Source: Sulfuritalea sp. (GTDB taxonomy: Bacteria; Pseudomonadota; Gammaproteobacteria; Burkholderiales; Rhodocyclaceae). From it: a stretch of DNA of 43,104 nt. Location: positions 1 through 43,104 of the forward strand of contig JAGXSN010000180.1 in NCBI GenBank assembly GCA_018333815.1, read 5' to 3'. How positions within the stretch are numbered: position 1 is the first letter of the stretch; the number at the start of each line of letters is the position of its first letter. Below are positions 1 to 9,254 of the stretch, piece by piece. Below the pieces are notes generated by a model, which worked only from the letters and a program-made list of their open reading frames with translations, searched no databases and had not been told where the DNA came from. The position numbers and the translations under genes are program-made.

Positions 1-228
1 TGCAGCTTTCGTAGCGAAATCTGTCGTGCTTGGCGGCGCATGCTGATGCGACGCAGCCAACGGCATAATCTGTCATGGGAGCGGTTCTGTAGGCTGGAGA
101 AACGCTACATACCGCCGTACCACCATACTCATCCCTATCCTGAACAGCGATTTGGCGTTACTCACCCAAGGCAGGAGCCTTGTGCGGTAATTCCGCTCGC
201 AGGGATCTGTGCGGGGGGCGTCGGGTAA
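1..228 (+). CDS. Group II intron reverse transcriptase/maturase, C-terminal fragment (domain X; 5' truncated by window)
   Basis: Frame is open from base 1: WRRMLMRRSQR..SWERF..HPYP..RF..HPRQEP..GICAGG, typical of En-less maturases whose ORF runs into domain V. Confidence 0.85.
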   Translation, partial: CSFRSEICRAWRRMLMRRSQRHNLSWERFCRLEKRYIPPYHHTHPYPEQRFGVTHPRQEPCAVIPLAGICAGGVG

Positions 229-247
229 CCGGCGTCCCTACCGCGAC
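1..247 (+). mobile_element. 3' end of a group II intron (end of intron-encoded ORF, domains V and VI)
   Basis: Domain V hairpin GAGCCTTGT-GCGG-TAATT-CCGC-TC-GCAGGGATC at 175-207 with AGC triad. Domain VI GGGGCGTCGG-GTAA-CCGGCGTCCCT-A-CCGCGAC ends in the AC 3' splice boundary at 247. Confidence 0.9.
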
Positions 248-285
248 CCTTCGTCGATTATTTGACGTTTTGCGCCACATGGTTG

Positions 286-3099
286 CTAGCTTAATTTATT
301 CAATTGGTTAGCGATATTCTCGCGCAACGTGTTGAAGCTCGCCAGCCGCTCGCGCTCCTGCGCCACGACGGCGGCGGGCGCGCGGGCGACGAAGCTCTCG
401 GTGGCGAGCTTTTTTTCCGCCTTGGCGATCTCGCCCTCGACGCGGGCAAGCTCCTTGCCGAGGCGCTCCTTCTCGGCGGCGACGTCGATCTCGATCTTGA
501 GCATCAGGCGGTAATTGCCTACGATCTGCACCGGGGCATCCGAATCGGGCAGGGTGTCGGCAACCGCAACTTCCGAGAGCTTGCCGAGCGCGGCGAGGTA
601 GGGAGCGTAGTCTTCGAGGGCCGCGTCGCCGGCGCCGACCAGCGGAACTTTCTGTGCCGGCGAAATGTTCATCTCGCCGCGCAGACTGCGGCAGGCAGTG
701 ACCAGAGACTTGAGAGTGGCAACCCATTGCTCCGCCTTCTCGTCGCAGCGGGCCGGGTCGGCGACCGGGTAGGGCTGCAACATCACCGTGGGCGCCGTCT
801 CGCCAGCGCCGACTTTTCCTGCGACAGGCGCGACGGTCTGCCAGAGCTCCTCGGTGATGAAGGGAATCAGCGGGTGGGCGAGCCGCAGCACGGTTTCCAG
901 CACGCGGACCAGGGTGCGACGCGTGGCCCGCTGCTGGGCTGCGGCGCCTGCCTGCATCTGCACCTTGGCAAGCTCGACATACCAATCGCAATATTCGTCC
1001 CAGACGAATTCGTAGATGGCCTTGGCGAGCAGGTCGAAGCGGTAGTCGGCGAAATGCTTTGCCACTTCTGTTTCCAGGCGCTGCAACAGGCTGACAATCC
1101 ACTGGTCGGCGGGCAAGAACTCAAGCGGCAGGCTGGCGTCGAGGCCGACGTCCTGGCCTTCGCAGTTCATCAGCACGAAGCGCGAGGCGTTCCACAGTTT
1201 GTTGCAGAAGTTGCGATAACCCTCGCAGCGCTGCATGTCGAACTTGATATCGCGGCCGGGGCTGGCGAGCGACAGGAAGGTGAAGCGCAGAGCGTCGGCG
1301 CCGAAGCCCGGGATGCCGTTCGGGTACTCCTTGCGGGTGCGTTTTTCGATCTGCGCCGCCTGCTTCGGGTTCATCAGGCCGGTGGTGCGTTTGGCGACAA
1401 GGTCGTTTAGGCTGATGCCGTCGATCAGGTCGATCGGATCGAGCACGTTGCCCTTCGACTTCGACATCTTCTGGCCTTCGGCGTCGCGGATCAGGCCGTG
1501 CACATAGACGTGCCTGAACGGAATTTTCCCCGTGATGTGTTTCGTCATCATCACCATGCGCGCCACCCAGAAGAAGATGATGTCGAAGCCGGTGACCAGC
1601 ACCGTCGAAGGGAGATAGAGATCGAGGGCCGGGTTCGACCTGGCCGGCCACTCGGGCGTCCAGTCGAGCGTCGAGAAGGGCCAGAGCGCGGAGGAGTACC
1701 AGGTGTCGAGCACGTCCGGGTCGCGTTCCAGCCCGCCGGTATAGCCCTCCTGCTTCGCCAGGGCATAGGCCTCGGCCTCGTCGTGGGCAACCCAGACGCG
1801 ACCGTCGTCGCCATGCCAGGCCGGAATCTGGTGGCCCCACCAGAGCTGGCGGGAGATGCACCAGTCCTGGATGTTGCCCAGCCACTGGTTGTAGGTATTG
1901 ACCCAGTTCTCGGGCACGAACTTGATCTCGCCCGAACTCACGCATTCAAGGGCCTTGCCCGCAATGCTCTTGCCATCGGCGCCGGGCTTGGACATGGCGA
2001 CGAACCACTGGTCGGTGAGCATCGGTTCGACGACGACGCCTGTGCGGTCGCCGCGCGGCACCATCAGCTTGTGCGGCTTGGTGGCGACCAGCAGGCCTGC
2101 GGCTTCGAGGTCGGCGACGATCGCCTTGCGGGCATCGTAGCGGTCCATGCCCCGATATTTCTCGGGACCGTGCTCGTTGATGCGCGCGTCGAGGGTGAAG
2201 ATCGAGATCGGCGTCAGGCCGTGCCGGTGGCCGACCTGCCAGTCGTTGAAGTCGTGGGCCGGCGTGATCTTGACGCAGCCGGTGCCGAATTCCTTGTCGA
2301 CCCAGACGTCGGCGATGACCGGGATCGTACGTCCGGTGAGCGGCAGCTGGACAGGCTTGCCGATCAGGTGTTTGTAGCGATCATCCTCGGGATTCACGGC
2401 GACCGCGACGTCGCCGAGCAGGGTCTCCGGCCGCGTGGTGGCGACGGTGAGCGAGCCATTGCCCATGTTGGCAGATTCGGCGAACGGGTAGCTGATCTCC
2501 CACATGAAGCCGTCTTCCTCCTCGCTGACGACTTCGAGGTCGGAGACGGCGGTGAGCAGCTTCGGATCCCAGTTGACCAGGCGCTTGCCGCGATAGATCA
2601 GCCCTTCCTGGCGGAGACGGACGAAGGTCTCGGTGACGATCTTCGACAGACCGGCATCCATGGTGAAGCGCTCGCGCGTCCAGTCGGGCGAGGTGCCGAG
2701 GCGGCGCATCTGGCGCGTGATGGTGTTGCCGGAAAACTCCTTCCACTCCCAGACTTTTTCGAGGAACTTCTCGCGGCCGAGGTCGTGACGCGAGATGCCT
2801 TGTGCATCGAGTTGGCGTTCGACGACGATCTGCGTGGCGATGCCGGCATGGTCGGTGCCCGGCTGCCACAGCGTGTTGGCGCCGCGCATGCGGTGGTAGC
2901 GCGTCAGCGCATCCATGATCGCCTGGTTGAAGCCGTGGCCCATGTGCAGCGTGCCGGTGACGTTCGGCGGCGGCAGCAGGATGCAGAAGTTGTCGGTCTT
3001 GTCACGGTCGAGACCGGCGGCGAAATAGCCGTTCGACTCCCAGACGGGATACCAGCGCCGCTCGATCTCTGCGGGCTCGAAGCTTTTGGCGAGTTCCAT
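286..3099 (-). CDS. valS: Valine--tRNA ligase
   Basis: [13 protein letters not shown] (HIGH-type), [18 protein letters not shown]-terminal coiled coil. Confidence 0.99.
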   Translation of the reverse strand: MELAKSFEPAEIERRWYPVWESNGYFAAGLDRDKTDNFCILLPPPNVTGTLHMGHGFNQAIMDALTRYHRMRGANTLWQPGTDHAGIATQIVVERQLDAQGISRHDLGREKFLEKVWEWKEFSGNTITRQMRRLGTSPDWTRERFTMDAGLSKIVTETFVRLRQEGLIYRGKRLVNWDPKLLTAVSDLEVVSEEEDGFMWEISYPFAESANMGNGSLTVATTRPETLLGDVAVAVNPEDDRYKHLIGKPVQLPLTGRTIPVIADVWVDKEFGTGCVKITPAHDFNDWQVGHRHGLTPISIFTLDARINEHGPEKYRGMDRYDARKAIVADLEAAGLLVATKPHKLMVPRGDRTGVVVEPMLTDQWFVAMSKPGADGKSIAGKALECVSSGEIKFVPENWVNTYNQWLGNIQDWCISRQLWWGHQIPAWHGDDGRVWVAHDEAEAYALAKQEGYTGGLERDPDVLDTWYSSALWPFSTLDWTPEWPARSNPALDLYLPSTVLVTGFDIIFFWVARMVMMTKHITGKIPFRHVYVHGLIRDAEGQKMSKSKGNVLDPIDLIDGISLNDLVAKRTTGLMNPKQAAQIEKRTRKEYPNGIPGFGADALRFTFLSLASPGRDIKFDMQRCEGYRNFCNKLWNASRFVLMNCEGQDVGLDASLPLEFLPADQWIVSLLQRLETEVAKHFADYRFDLLAKAIYEFVWDEYCDWYVELAKVQMQAGAAAQQRATRRTLVRVLETVLRLAHPLIPFITEELWQTVAPVAGKVGAGETAPTVMLQPYPVADPARCDEKAEQWVATLKSLVTACRSLRGEMNISPAQKVPLVGAGDAALEDYAPYLAALGKLSEVAVADTLPDSDAPVQIVGNYRLMLKIEIDVAAEKERLGKELARVEGEIAKAEKKLATESFVARAPAAVVAQERERLASFNTLRENIANQLNKLS
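794..815 (-). repeat. 22-bp dispersed motif, copy 1 (inside valS)
   Basis: Minus strand AAGTCGGCGCTGGCGAGACGGC; encodes KVGAGETA. Confidence 0.85.
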
Positions 3100-3138
3100 G
3101 ACGATCAGGGGTTGCGGCGCGCCGACGGAGGCGGGCGA

Positions 3139-3537
3139 TTATAGCGAGGGGGGCTGTCCATCGATCCGCTCCGCCTCGCCGCGCTGCGCATCGATCAGCG
3201 CGGCGAGGCGCGGCAGGAGGTTGTGGCGCGCCTTGCCGTCGAGTTCGTCGAGGAGCTGCTGGCTGGCGGTGGAGACGGCTGCGGGCAGGGCTTGCGCAAG
3301 CCAGGCGGAAACCTCACCGTCAATTTCGTCGCGCAGCGACGCGAGCAGATTAGCGACGTCCCGGCGGTCGAGGGCTTGCGCGTCGACGATGTCGGTGAGC
3401 AGGGGGACGTCGTCCTCCGCGCCGGCATCCGCAGGCTCGGGGAGGGGCGGCGGCGGTTCGGCCGGCCGGGCGACGAAGCTGCGAAAACGCCTCTGGAACG
3501 TCTCGGAATGGACGATCTCTTCTGCGCCGTCCGTCAT
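3139..3537 (-). CDS. Conserved hypothetical protein (DUF2486-like) between holC and valS
   Basis: ATG overlaps the holC TGA (ATGA). Pro/acidic linker, DVPLLTDIV motif, helical C-terminus. Confidence 0.7.
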   Translation of the reverse strand: MTDGAEEIVHSETFQRRFRSFVARPAEPPPPLPEPADAGAEDDVPLLTDIVDAQALDRRDVANLLASLRDEIDGEVSAWLAQALPAAVSTASQQLLDELDGKARHNLLPRLAALIDAQRGEAERIDGQPPSL

Positions 3538-3962
3538 TCCATTCCTCCGCAAATGTCGCGGTTGTCGATCGCATAGCCGCGATCGCGGTAGAACTTGAAG
3601 CGCTCGCGCGCCGGCAGGCGGTCGGAGTCGTCGGTGCTGACGACCTCGACCACGTGCTCGAAACGCGAGAAGGCCGGCGGCAGATCGTTGCTCAGGTTGA
3701 GCAGGCAGCGCTCGTGCGGCGGACTGTCCAGCCGGTCGGTCAGCAGGATCGGCGTTTCTCCCGCCCAGGGCGAGTCCGCCCGACAGTGCGGCAGGAATGA
3801 CAGGGCCGGCTGGGTCCACAGCATGCGATCGAGCCGGGCGGCCTGCTCGGCATCCGGGACATACACCAGCACCGCCTGCCTTTCGGCCCAGGCCTGTCGC
3901 AGCCATTGGGCAGCGGACTGGAGCCGTTCCGGCGCGCCGTGCAGGAAGGAGATGCGCGTCAT
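3534..3962 (-). CDS. holC: DNA polymerase III subunit chi
   Basis: LDRMLW..SFLPH and ARERFKFYRDRGY; pepA-holC-valS synteny. Confidence 0.96.
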   Translation of the reverse strand: MTRISFLHGAPERLQSAAQWLRQAWAERQAVLVYVPDAEQAARLDRMLWTQPALSFLPHCRADSPWAGETPILLTDRLDSPPHERCLLNLSNDLPPAFSRFEHVVEVVSTDDSDRLPARERFKFYRDRGYAIDNRDICGGME

Positions 3963-3965
3963 GGC

Positions 3966-5492
3966 CTACTGCGATGCCGTCCCGCCGGCGCCGACTTTCG
4001 CTGCGCGCTCAATCAGAAAATGGGTCAGCAGCGGCACCGGGCGGCCGGTGGAACCCTTCTCCTTGCCCGACTTGTAGGCGGTGCCGGCGATGTCGAGATG
4101 CGCCCACTCGTACTTCTTGGCGAAGCGCGACAGGAAGCAGGCGGCCGTGATCGTGCCGGCGGGGCGTCCGCCGATGTTGCCCAGGTCGGCGAAGTTGCTC
4201 TGCAATTGTTCCTGGTAGTCCTCGAACAGGGGCAACTGCCAGGCGCGATCCCAGCTCGCGTTGCCGGCATCGAGCAGTTCGCGCGCCAGCCCATCGTCGT
4301 TGGCGAGCAGGCCGCTGACGACATGGCCGAGCGCGATCACGCAGGCGCCGGTCAGCGTGGCGACATCGATGACGCAGTCGGGCTCGAAGCGCTCGACATA
4401 GGTCAGCGCATCGCAGAGGATCAGCCGGCCTTCGGCATCGGTGTTGAGAATTTCGACGGTCTGGCCGGACATCGAGGTGACGATGTCGCCGGGACGCGTC
4501 GCGCTGCCGCCGGGCATGTTCTCGACCGCCGGCACGACGGCGATGATGTTGAGCGGCAGTTTCATCAGGGCGGCGGCCTTGATGGCGGCCAGCACGCTGG
4601 CGGCGCCGGACATGTCGAACTTCATTTCGTCCATCTCGGGCGGGGGCTTGAGGGAGATGCCGCCCGTGTCGAAGGTGACGCCCTTGCCGACGAGGACGAT
4701 CGGCTTGTCGTTGCCCTTGCCGGACTTGCCGCCCTGATATTTCAGGACGATGAACTGCGGCGGCTGGTGCGAACCCCTGGCGACGGCCAGCAGGGTGTTC
4801 ATGCCCAGCTGCTCCATTTCTTCACGACCGAGGATTTCGGCCGCGAGGCCATGTTCGGCGGCCAGCGCGCGGGCCTGTTCGGCCAGATAGGTCGGGGTGC
4901 AGAGGTTGCCCGGCAGGTTGGCCAGGTTTTTCATCAAACTCATGCCGGCGGCGATGGCCTGACCCTCCCGCAGGGCCTGCTCGGCGGCGGCCAGCTCGCC
5001 GCGTCGCTCGACGCAGAAGGTCAGCTTACGCAGGGGGCGGCGCACCTCGTCCTTCTTCGATTTGAGCCGATCGAAGCGGTAGAGCGTCTCCTCAACCGCG
5101 ATGATGGCCTGGCGCACGCGCCAGGCGATGTCGCGTTTTTTCACCGGCAGTTCAGTCAGGTAGATCGTGCCGTCGAAGCCGCCGGTTTCGTTGAGTGTGC
5201 GTACGGTCGCGGCGATGGCCGCACGATACTCCTTTTCGCGGAACTCGCGCTCCTTGCCCAGGCCGACCAGCAGGATGCGGTCCGCCTCGGCGCCGGGCAC
5301 CTTGTGCAGCAACAGGGTGTTGCCCGCCTTGCCTTCCATGTCGCCGCGCCGCAGCAGTTCGGAGAGATGGCCGCGCGCCGCGTTGTCCAGCAGTTCCGCA
5401 GGCAGGGAGAGTTTGCGCGATTCGAACACGCCGACGACCACGCAGGCCGTGCGCTGCTTTTCCGGGCTGCCGCTCTTTATGCTAAATTCCAC
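3966..5492 (-). CDS. pepA: Leucyl aminopeptidase (M17)
   Basis: GKGVTFDTGG, MKFDMSG, NTDAEGRL, HLDIAG. GTG start at 5492 with CAGGAG RBS. Confidence 0.98.
   Translation of the reverse strand: MEFSIKSGSPEKQRTACVVVGVFESRKLSLPAELLDNAARGHLSELLRRGDMEGKAGNTLLLHKVPGAEADRILLVGLGKEREFREKEYRAAIAATVRTLNETGGFDGTIYLTELPVKKRDIAWRVRQAIIAVEETLYRFDRLKSKKDEVRRPLRKLTFCVERRGELAAAEQALREGQAIAAGMSLMKNLANLPGNLCTPTYLAEQARALAAEHGLAAEILGREEMEQLGMNTLLAVARGSHQPPQFIVLKYQGGKSGKGNDKPIVLVGKGVTFDTGGISLKPPPEMDEMKFDMSGAASVLAAIKAAALMKLPLNIIAVVPAVENMPGGSATRPGDIVTSMSGQTVEILNTDAEGRLILCDALTYVERFEPDCVIDVATLTGACVIALGHVVSGLLANDDGLARELLDAGNASWDRAWQLPLFEDYQEQLQSNFADLGNIGGRPAGTITAACFLSRFAKKYEWAHLDIAGTAYKSGKEKGSTGRPVPLLTHFLIERAAKVGAGGTASQ
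3976..3997 (-). repeat. 22-bp dispersed motif, copy 2 (pepA C-terminal tail)
   Basis: Minus strand AAGTCGGCGCCGGCGGGACGGC; encodes KVGAGGTA. Confidence 0.85.
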
Positions 5493-5597
5493 CGCCGACT
5501 CCTGGAAGATGAACGAAACGCGCAGTTTACGCATTTTTTCGGCCCGATCCCCGTCCGGACCGAAATTCCGCAAACTTCTCCATGCCAGCCTCGACCG

Positions 5598-6692
5598 ATG
5601 ATCTTCCGGCGTTCCGCCCAGCGTGAGTTCGCGCAGACCGCAATCGCGGTGTTTGTCGCTCTTTTCGCTATCATGCTGACGCTACAACTGGTGCGCCTGC
5701 TGGGCCGGGCTGCGGCGGGGCAGGTCGCCTCGGAAGCGGTCGCGGCCATGCTCGGCTTCGCCGCATTGAACTATCTCCCGATTTTGTTGGCCCTGACGCT
5801 GTTTGTTGCCGTTTTGCTGTCGCTGTCGCGGGTTTACCGGGATTCCGAGATGACGATCTGGTTCTCGGCGGGCGTGCCGCTCACCGCCTGGATCGCACCG
5901 GTGCTGCGCTTCGCCTTTCCCGTCGTCCTGGCCATCGCCGTCCTGGCCCTGTTCCTGTCGCCCTGGGCGCAGGGCAAGCGCGCCGAATACCAGCAGCGCC
6001 TGGATCAGCGCGACGACGTGGCGCGCGTCACGCCGGGCGCCTTCAAGGAGTCCGCGCGCGGCGACCGCGTGTTTTTCGTCGAGTCGATCCCGGCTGGCGC
6101 GGGACAGAACCAGGTCGGCAACATCTTCGTCAGCTCGATGCAGCACGGCCGGCTGGGCGTGGTCACCGCCGCCCGGGGCCGCACCGAGGTCGCGGAAAAC
6201 GGCGACCGGTTCCTCGTCCTGAGCCAGGGCCGGCGCTACGAGGGCGTCGCCGGTGCGGCCGAATACCGGGTGATGGAGTTCGCCAGCTACGCGATGCGCA
6301 TCGAGACGGCCGAAAACGATGGCCCGGCAAGAACAGCCAAGAGCCTCGCGCTCTGGGAACTGCTGCGGGAGCGCACGCCGATCAACCAGGGCGAACTGCT
6401 GTGGCGCATCGGCGTCCCGCTGTCCGCCCTGTTGCTCGCCCTGCTGGCGATTCCGCTGTCCTTCGTCAATCCGCGCGCCGGCCGCACCAACAACCTGATC
6501 TTCGCGCTGCTGACTTTCATGATTTACAGCAACCTGCTCTCGGTCAGCCAGGCCTGGGTGGCGCAGGGGCGCATCTCTTTCGCCGTGGGCGTCTGGGCGG
6601 TCCACCTGCCGATGTTGCTGGTCCTGCTGTTGCTGTTCTGGCAGCGCATCAGGGTGTTTTCGCCCTGGCGCTTCGCCCGTCGGGGCCCCTAG
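5598..6692 (+). CDS. lptF: LPS export ABC transporter permease LptF
   Basis: MIFRRS.. start, LSRVYRDSEM, six TM segments, divergent from pepA. Confidence 0.95.
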   Translation: MIFRRSAQREFAQTAIAVFVALFAIMLTLQLVRLLGRAAAGQVASEAVAAMLGFAALNYLPILLALTLFVAVLLSLSRVYRDSEMTIWFSAGVPLTAWIAPVLRFAFPVVLAIAVLALFLSPWAQGKRAEYQQRLDQRDDVARVTPGAFKESARGDRVFFVESIPAGAGQNQVGNIFVSSMQHGRLGVVTAARGRTEVAENGDRFLVLSQGRRYEGVAGAAEYRVMEFASYAMRIETAENDGPARTAKSLALWELLRERTPINQGELLWRIGVPLSALLLALLAIPLSFVNPRAGRTNNLIFALLTFMIYSNLLSVSQAWVAQGRISFAVGVWAVHLPMLLVLLLLFWQRIRVFSPWRFARRGP

Positions 6693-6693
6693 G

Positions 6694-7767
6694 ATGCTGA
6701 TCTTCCAGCGCCACCTGGCCAGGGAAATTTATGGCGACACGCTGCTCGCGCTCGCGGCCTTTCTCGCCCTCTTCGCGTTTTTCGACCTGATCCACGAACT
6801 GGAGTCGGTCGGCCGCAACGGCTACGAGTTCCATCATGCGCTCGGCTTCGTCGCGCTGACGCTGCCGGGGCGCGCCTATGAAATCCTGCCGATCGCCGTG
6901 CTGATCGGCGCGCTCTACGGCCTGACCCGCCTGGCGCATCATTCCGAAATCACGGTGCTGCGCGCGTCCGGATTGTCGACCGGGACGCTGTTGCTGACTC
7001 TGGCCAGGATCGGCAGCCTTTTCGTCGTCCTGACTTTCCTGCTCGGCGAGTTTGTCGCTCCGCAAACCGAGCGGATCGCGCAACAGTTGCGGCTGACGGC
7101 GAAGAGTCAGCTGGTGGGCCAGGAATTTCGCTCCGGCCTCTGGATCAAGGACGGTCAGACCTTCATCAACGTGCGCGAGGTGCTCCCGGATGCCAGCCTG
7201 CGCGGCGTGCGCCTGTATGACTTCGACGAAAACCATCGCCTGCGCTCGATCAGCGAGGCGGAGCGGGGAAGTTTCATGCCCCCCGGCCACTGGCAGCTGA
7301 GTCGGGTGGCGCAGACCCTCTTTGCCGAGGAGAGGACGACGGTGGTGCACCACGACCAGATCGAGTGGCGCTCCGCGCTCAACCCCGACATTCTGGCGGT
7401 TCTCCTCGTCGTGCCCGAGCGCATGTCGCTCGATAAGCTGCACCAGTATATCCGCCACCTGCGGGATAACCAGCAGAACACGCAGCGCTACGAGATCGCC
7501 TTCTGGAAAAAAATCGTCTATCCCCTGGCGACCCTGGTGATGCTCGCGCTCGCGCTTCCCTTCGCCTATGCCCATGACCGCATGGGCGCCGTGAGCGTGA
7601 AGGTCTTCATCGGCGTCATGCTGGGGATCTTCTTCCACATGCTCAACGGCCTGTTTTCCCATCTCGGCATGATCGCCAGCTGGAAGCCCCTGGTGGCGGC
7701 CGTGACGCCGAGCGTCATTTTCCTGCTGGCGGCGGCGGCGATGCTTTGGCGGGTGGAGCGTAGATGA
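6694..7767 (+). CDS. lptG: LPS export ABC transporter permease LptG
   Basis: LAHHSEITVLRASG and FWKKIVYP; directly after lptF. Confidence 0.95.
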   Translation: MLIFQRHLAREIYGDTLLALAAFLALFAFFDLIHELESVGRNGYEFHHALGFVALTLPGRAYEILPIAVLIGALYGLTRLAHHSEITVLRASGLSTGTLLLTLARIGSLFVVLTFLLGEFVAPQTERIAQQLRLTAKSQLVGQEFRSGLWIKDGQTFINVREVLPDASLRGVRLYDFDENHRLRSISEAERGSFMPPGHWQLSRVAQTLFAEERTTVVHHDQIEWRSALNPDILAVLLVVPERMSLDKLHQYIRHLRDNQQNTQRYEIAFWKKIVYPLATLVMLALALPFAYAHDRMGAVSVKVFIGVMLGIFFHMLNGLFSHLGMIASWKPLVAAVTPSVIFLLAAAAMLWRVERR

Positions 7768-8257
7768 GGCGCGTGCCGGCGAGACGGTCGTGCAGGAACT
7801 GGCGATCGCGGTCGACCAGGGCCCAGAGAATCCCCAGGCCCAGGCCGATGCTCGGCCAGGCGAGGACATAGCGCCAGGCCAGGAGGATCAGCGCCGGCGG
7901 ACGTCCCAGCCGGTCAACCAGATGCAGATGCCAGGTGCGCATCGGCAGGGTCTGGCGGCCGTCCTGCCAGTGCCAGAGGAAGTAGATCGCCAGCGCCAGG
8001 AAGACGAGCGCCCGAATGGTCGCGACCGGCGCCGGCCGCTGCGACAGGGCGCTGAATGCGGTGAGCAGCAGGACGAGCACACCCACGATGCCGGCGACGA
8101 GCAGGCCTTCGTAGAACATGCTGGCAAGGCGGCGGCCGATGCTGGCCGGGGCGCCGAGGGCTGTCGGACTCCCAAGAAGTTCGCCGGGCCGCCCCAAGAG
8201 TCTCTTGCCCCTTGAGGGGAGAACCGAGCGAAGCGAAGGTTTTCGGGGTGGGCTCAC
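7715..8257 (-). CDS. RDD family membrane protein (first ~28 aa derived from a repeat element)
   Basis: RRLASMFYE, GRQTLPMRTW, DRQFLHDRLAGT. GTG start overlaps the upstream TGA. Confidence 0.88.
   Translation of the reverse strand: MSPPRKPSLRSVLPSRGKRLLGRPGELLGSPTALGAPASIGRRLASMFYEGLLVAGIVGVLVLLLTAFSALSQRPAPVATIRALVFLALAIYFLWHWQDGRQTLPMRTWHLHLVDRLGRPPALILLAWRYVLAWPSIGLGLGILWALVDRDRQFLHDRLAGTRLIYAPPAKASPPPPAGK
8173..8257 (-). repeat. ~85-bp multi-hairpin junction element, copy A
   Basis: GTGAGCCCACCCCGAAAACC..TCTCCCCTCAAGGGGCA..GGGGCGGCCC; homologous to 24855-24934 and 30860-30909. Confidence 0.85.
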
Positions 8258-8895
8258 TCGCTGCCGGGGGGGTCAGCCGGAGGGGCAACGTCCGCCGGAG
8301 GGTCGGTCGCCGCCTCGTCGGATTGGTGGGCCAACAGGCTTTGCGGCGGCTTGAGCGGCGAGATGGGCGAGGCGGGCGCAGGAACCTCCGGCGTCGCCAC
8401 ACGGCTGGCGGAAGGCGCCCTAACCTTGGCAGGGGGCCGCGCAGGGGTCTTGACCTTTTGGGGCTTCCTGGGCGCCTTGCTGCGCAGACGCTCTTTTTCC
8501 TCCTCCGTGAGCGTGGCATACTCCTCCCACCGCTGCCGGACGATCTGGCGTTTCTCGGGCGAGCTGCGCATCAGCGACTTGTATCTTTCCCGCGCCAGCC
8601 TACGCTCCTCCGGCGCCAGGCGGGCCCATTCGCGCATGTTGCGCTGGATGCTGGCCTGCTCCTCGGGTTTCATGACGGGGAAGCGCTGGGCGATGCCAAT
8701 CCACTTCTTGCGCCGAAAGGCATCCATCTGGGCCCACTCCTGCTGCAAGGGGGCGAGAATTCTCCTTTGTTCCGGCGTCAGGGCGGTCCAGCCGGGCTGC
8801 TGGAACTGCGGCAGGGCGGCGCAGGCCGGGCCGGACAGCAGCACGGCGAAGATCGCCCAGGCTATTGCCCAGCCGACGAGTCTTTTTCCAGCCAT
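8254..8895 (-). CDS. DUF3106-like exported helical protein
   Basis: Signal peptide, WTALTPEQRRILAPL, repeated W..L.PEE(R/Q) units, Pro-rich tail. Confidence 0.85.
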   Translation of the reverse strand: MAGKRLVGWAIAWAIFAVLLSGPACAALPQFQQPGWTALTPEQRRILAPLQQEWAQMDAFRRKKWIGIAQRFPVMKPEEQASIQRNMREWARLAPEERRLARERYKSLMRSSPEKRQIVRQRWEEYATLTEEEKERLRSKAPRKPQKVKTPARPPAKVRAPSASRVATPEVPAPASPISPLKPPQSLLAHQSDEAATDPPADVAPPADPPGSE

Positions 8896-9254
8896 GCCTG
8901 AAACCCTTTGTCGAGATACGCATTGGGCGGCAGGACGTCGGCCAGCAGGGCGCTGTCGATCGCCTCGTTCTCGCTCGCCCGGCTGAAGCCGTTCCAGTAG
9001 TAGGACAGGCCCACGCCGAACAGCAGAACGAGGATGGCCAGGGTCGTGCGCAGCGGGTGTTTTTTCTCGTCGCCGCCCAGCAGCGCCGTCCCGCCGGCGC
9101 CGATCTGGACAGCGCCGGGGACGAGAACCGGCTGGCGCTGCAAGGCGCGCTCGCGCGCGGCGCGCAGGCGTTCGGCGACGCCGCGCTCGAGTTGCGCCGC
9201 GCCCCGATCGAGTACGCGGCAGATCTGTCGGGCAAATTGTTCTTCGCGGCTCAT
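8862..9254 (-). CDS. DUF3619-like single-TM protein (putative anti-sigma factor)
   Basis: ERLRAARERAL, TM helix, IDSALLADVLPPNAYLDKGF; ATGA overlap with the sigma gene. Confidence 0.85.
   Translation of the reverse strand: MSREEQFARQICRVLDRGAAQLERGVAERLRAARERALQRQPVLVPGAVQIGAGGTALLGGDEKKHPLRTTLAILVLLFGVGLSYYWNGFSRASENEAIDSALLADVLPPNAYLDKGFQAWLEKDSSAGQ
9085..9106 (-). repeat. 22-bp dispersed motif, copy 3 (inside DUF3619-like gene)
   Basis: Minus strand AGATCGGCGCCGGCGGGACGGC; encodes QIGAGGTA. Confidence 0.75.

Noticed and set aside
3906-5597. Apparent 564-aa N-terminal extension of LptF
   Set aside because: It is the antisense frame of pepA; LptF similarity starts at ATG 5598.
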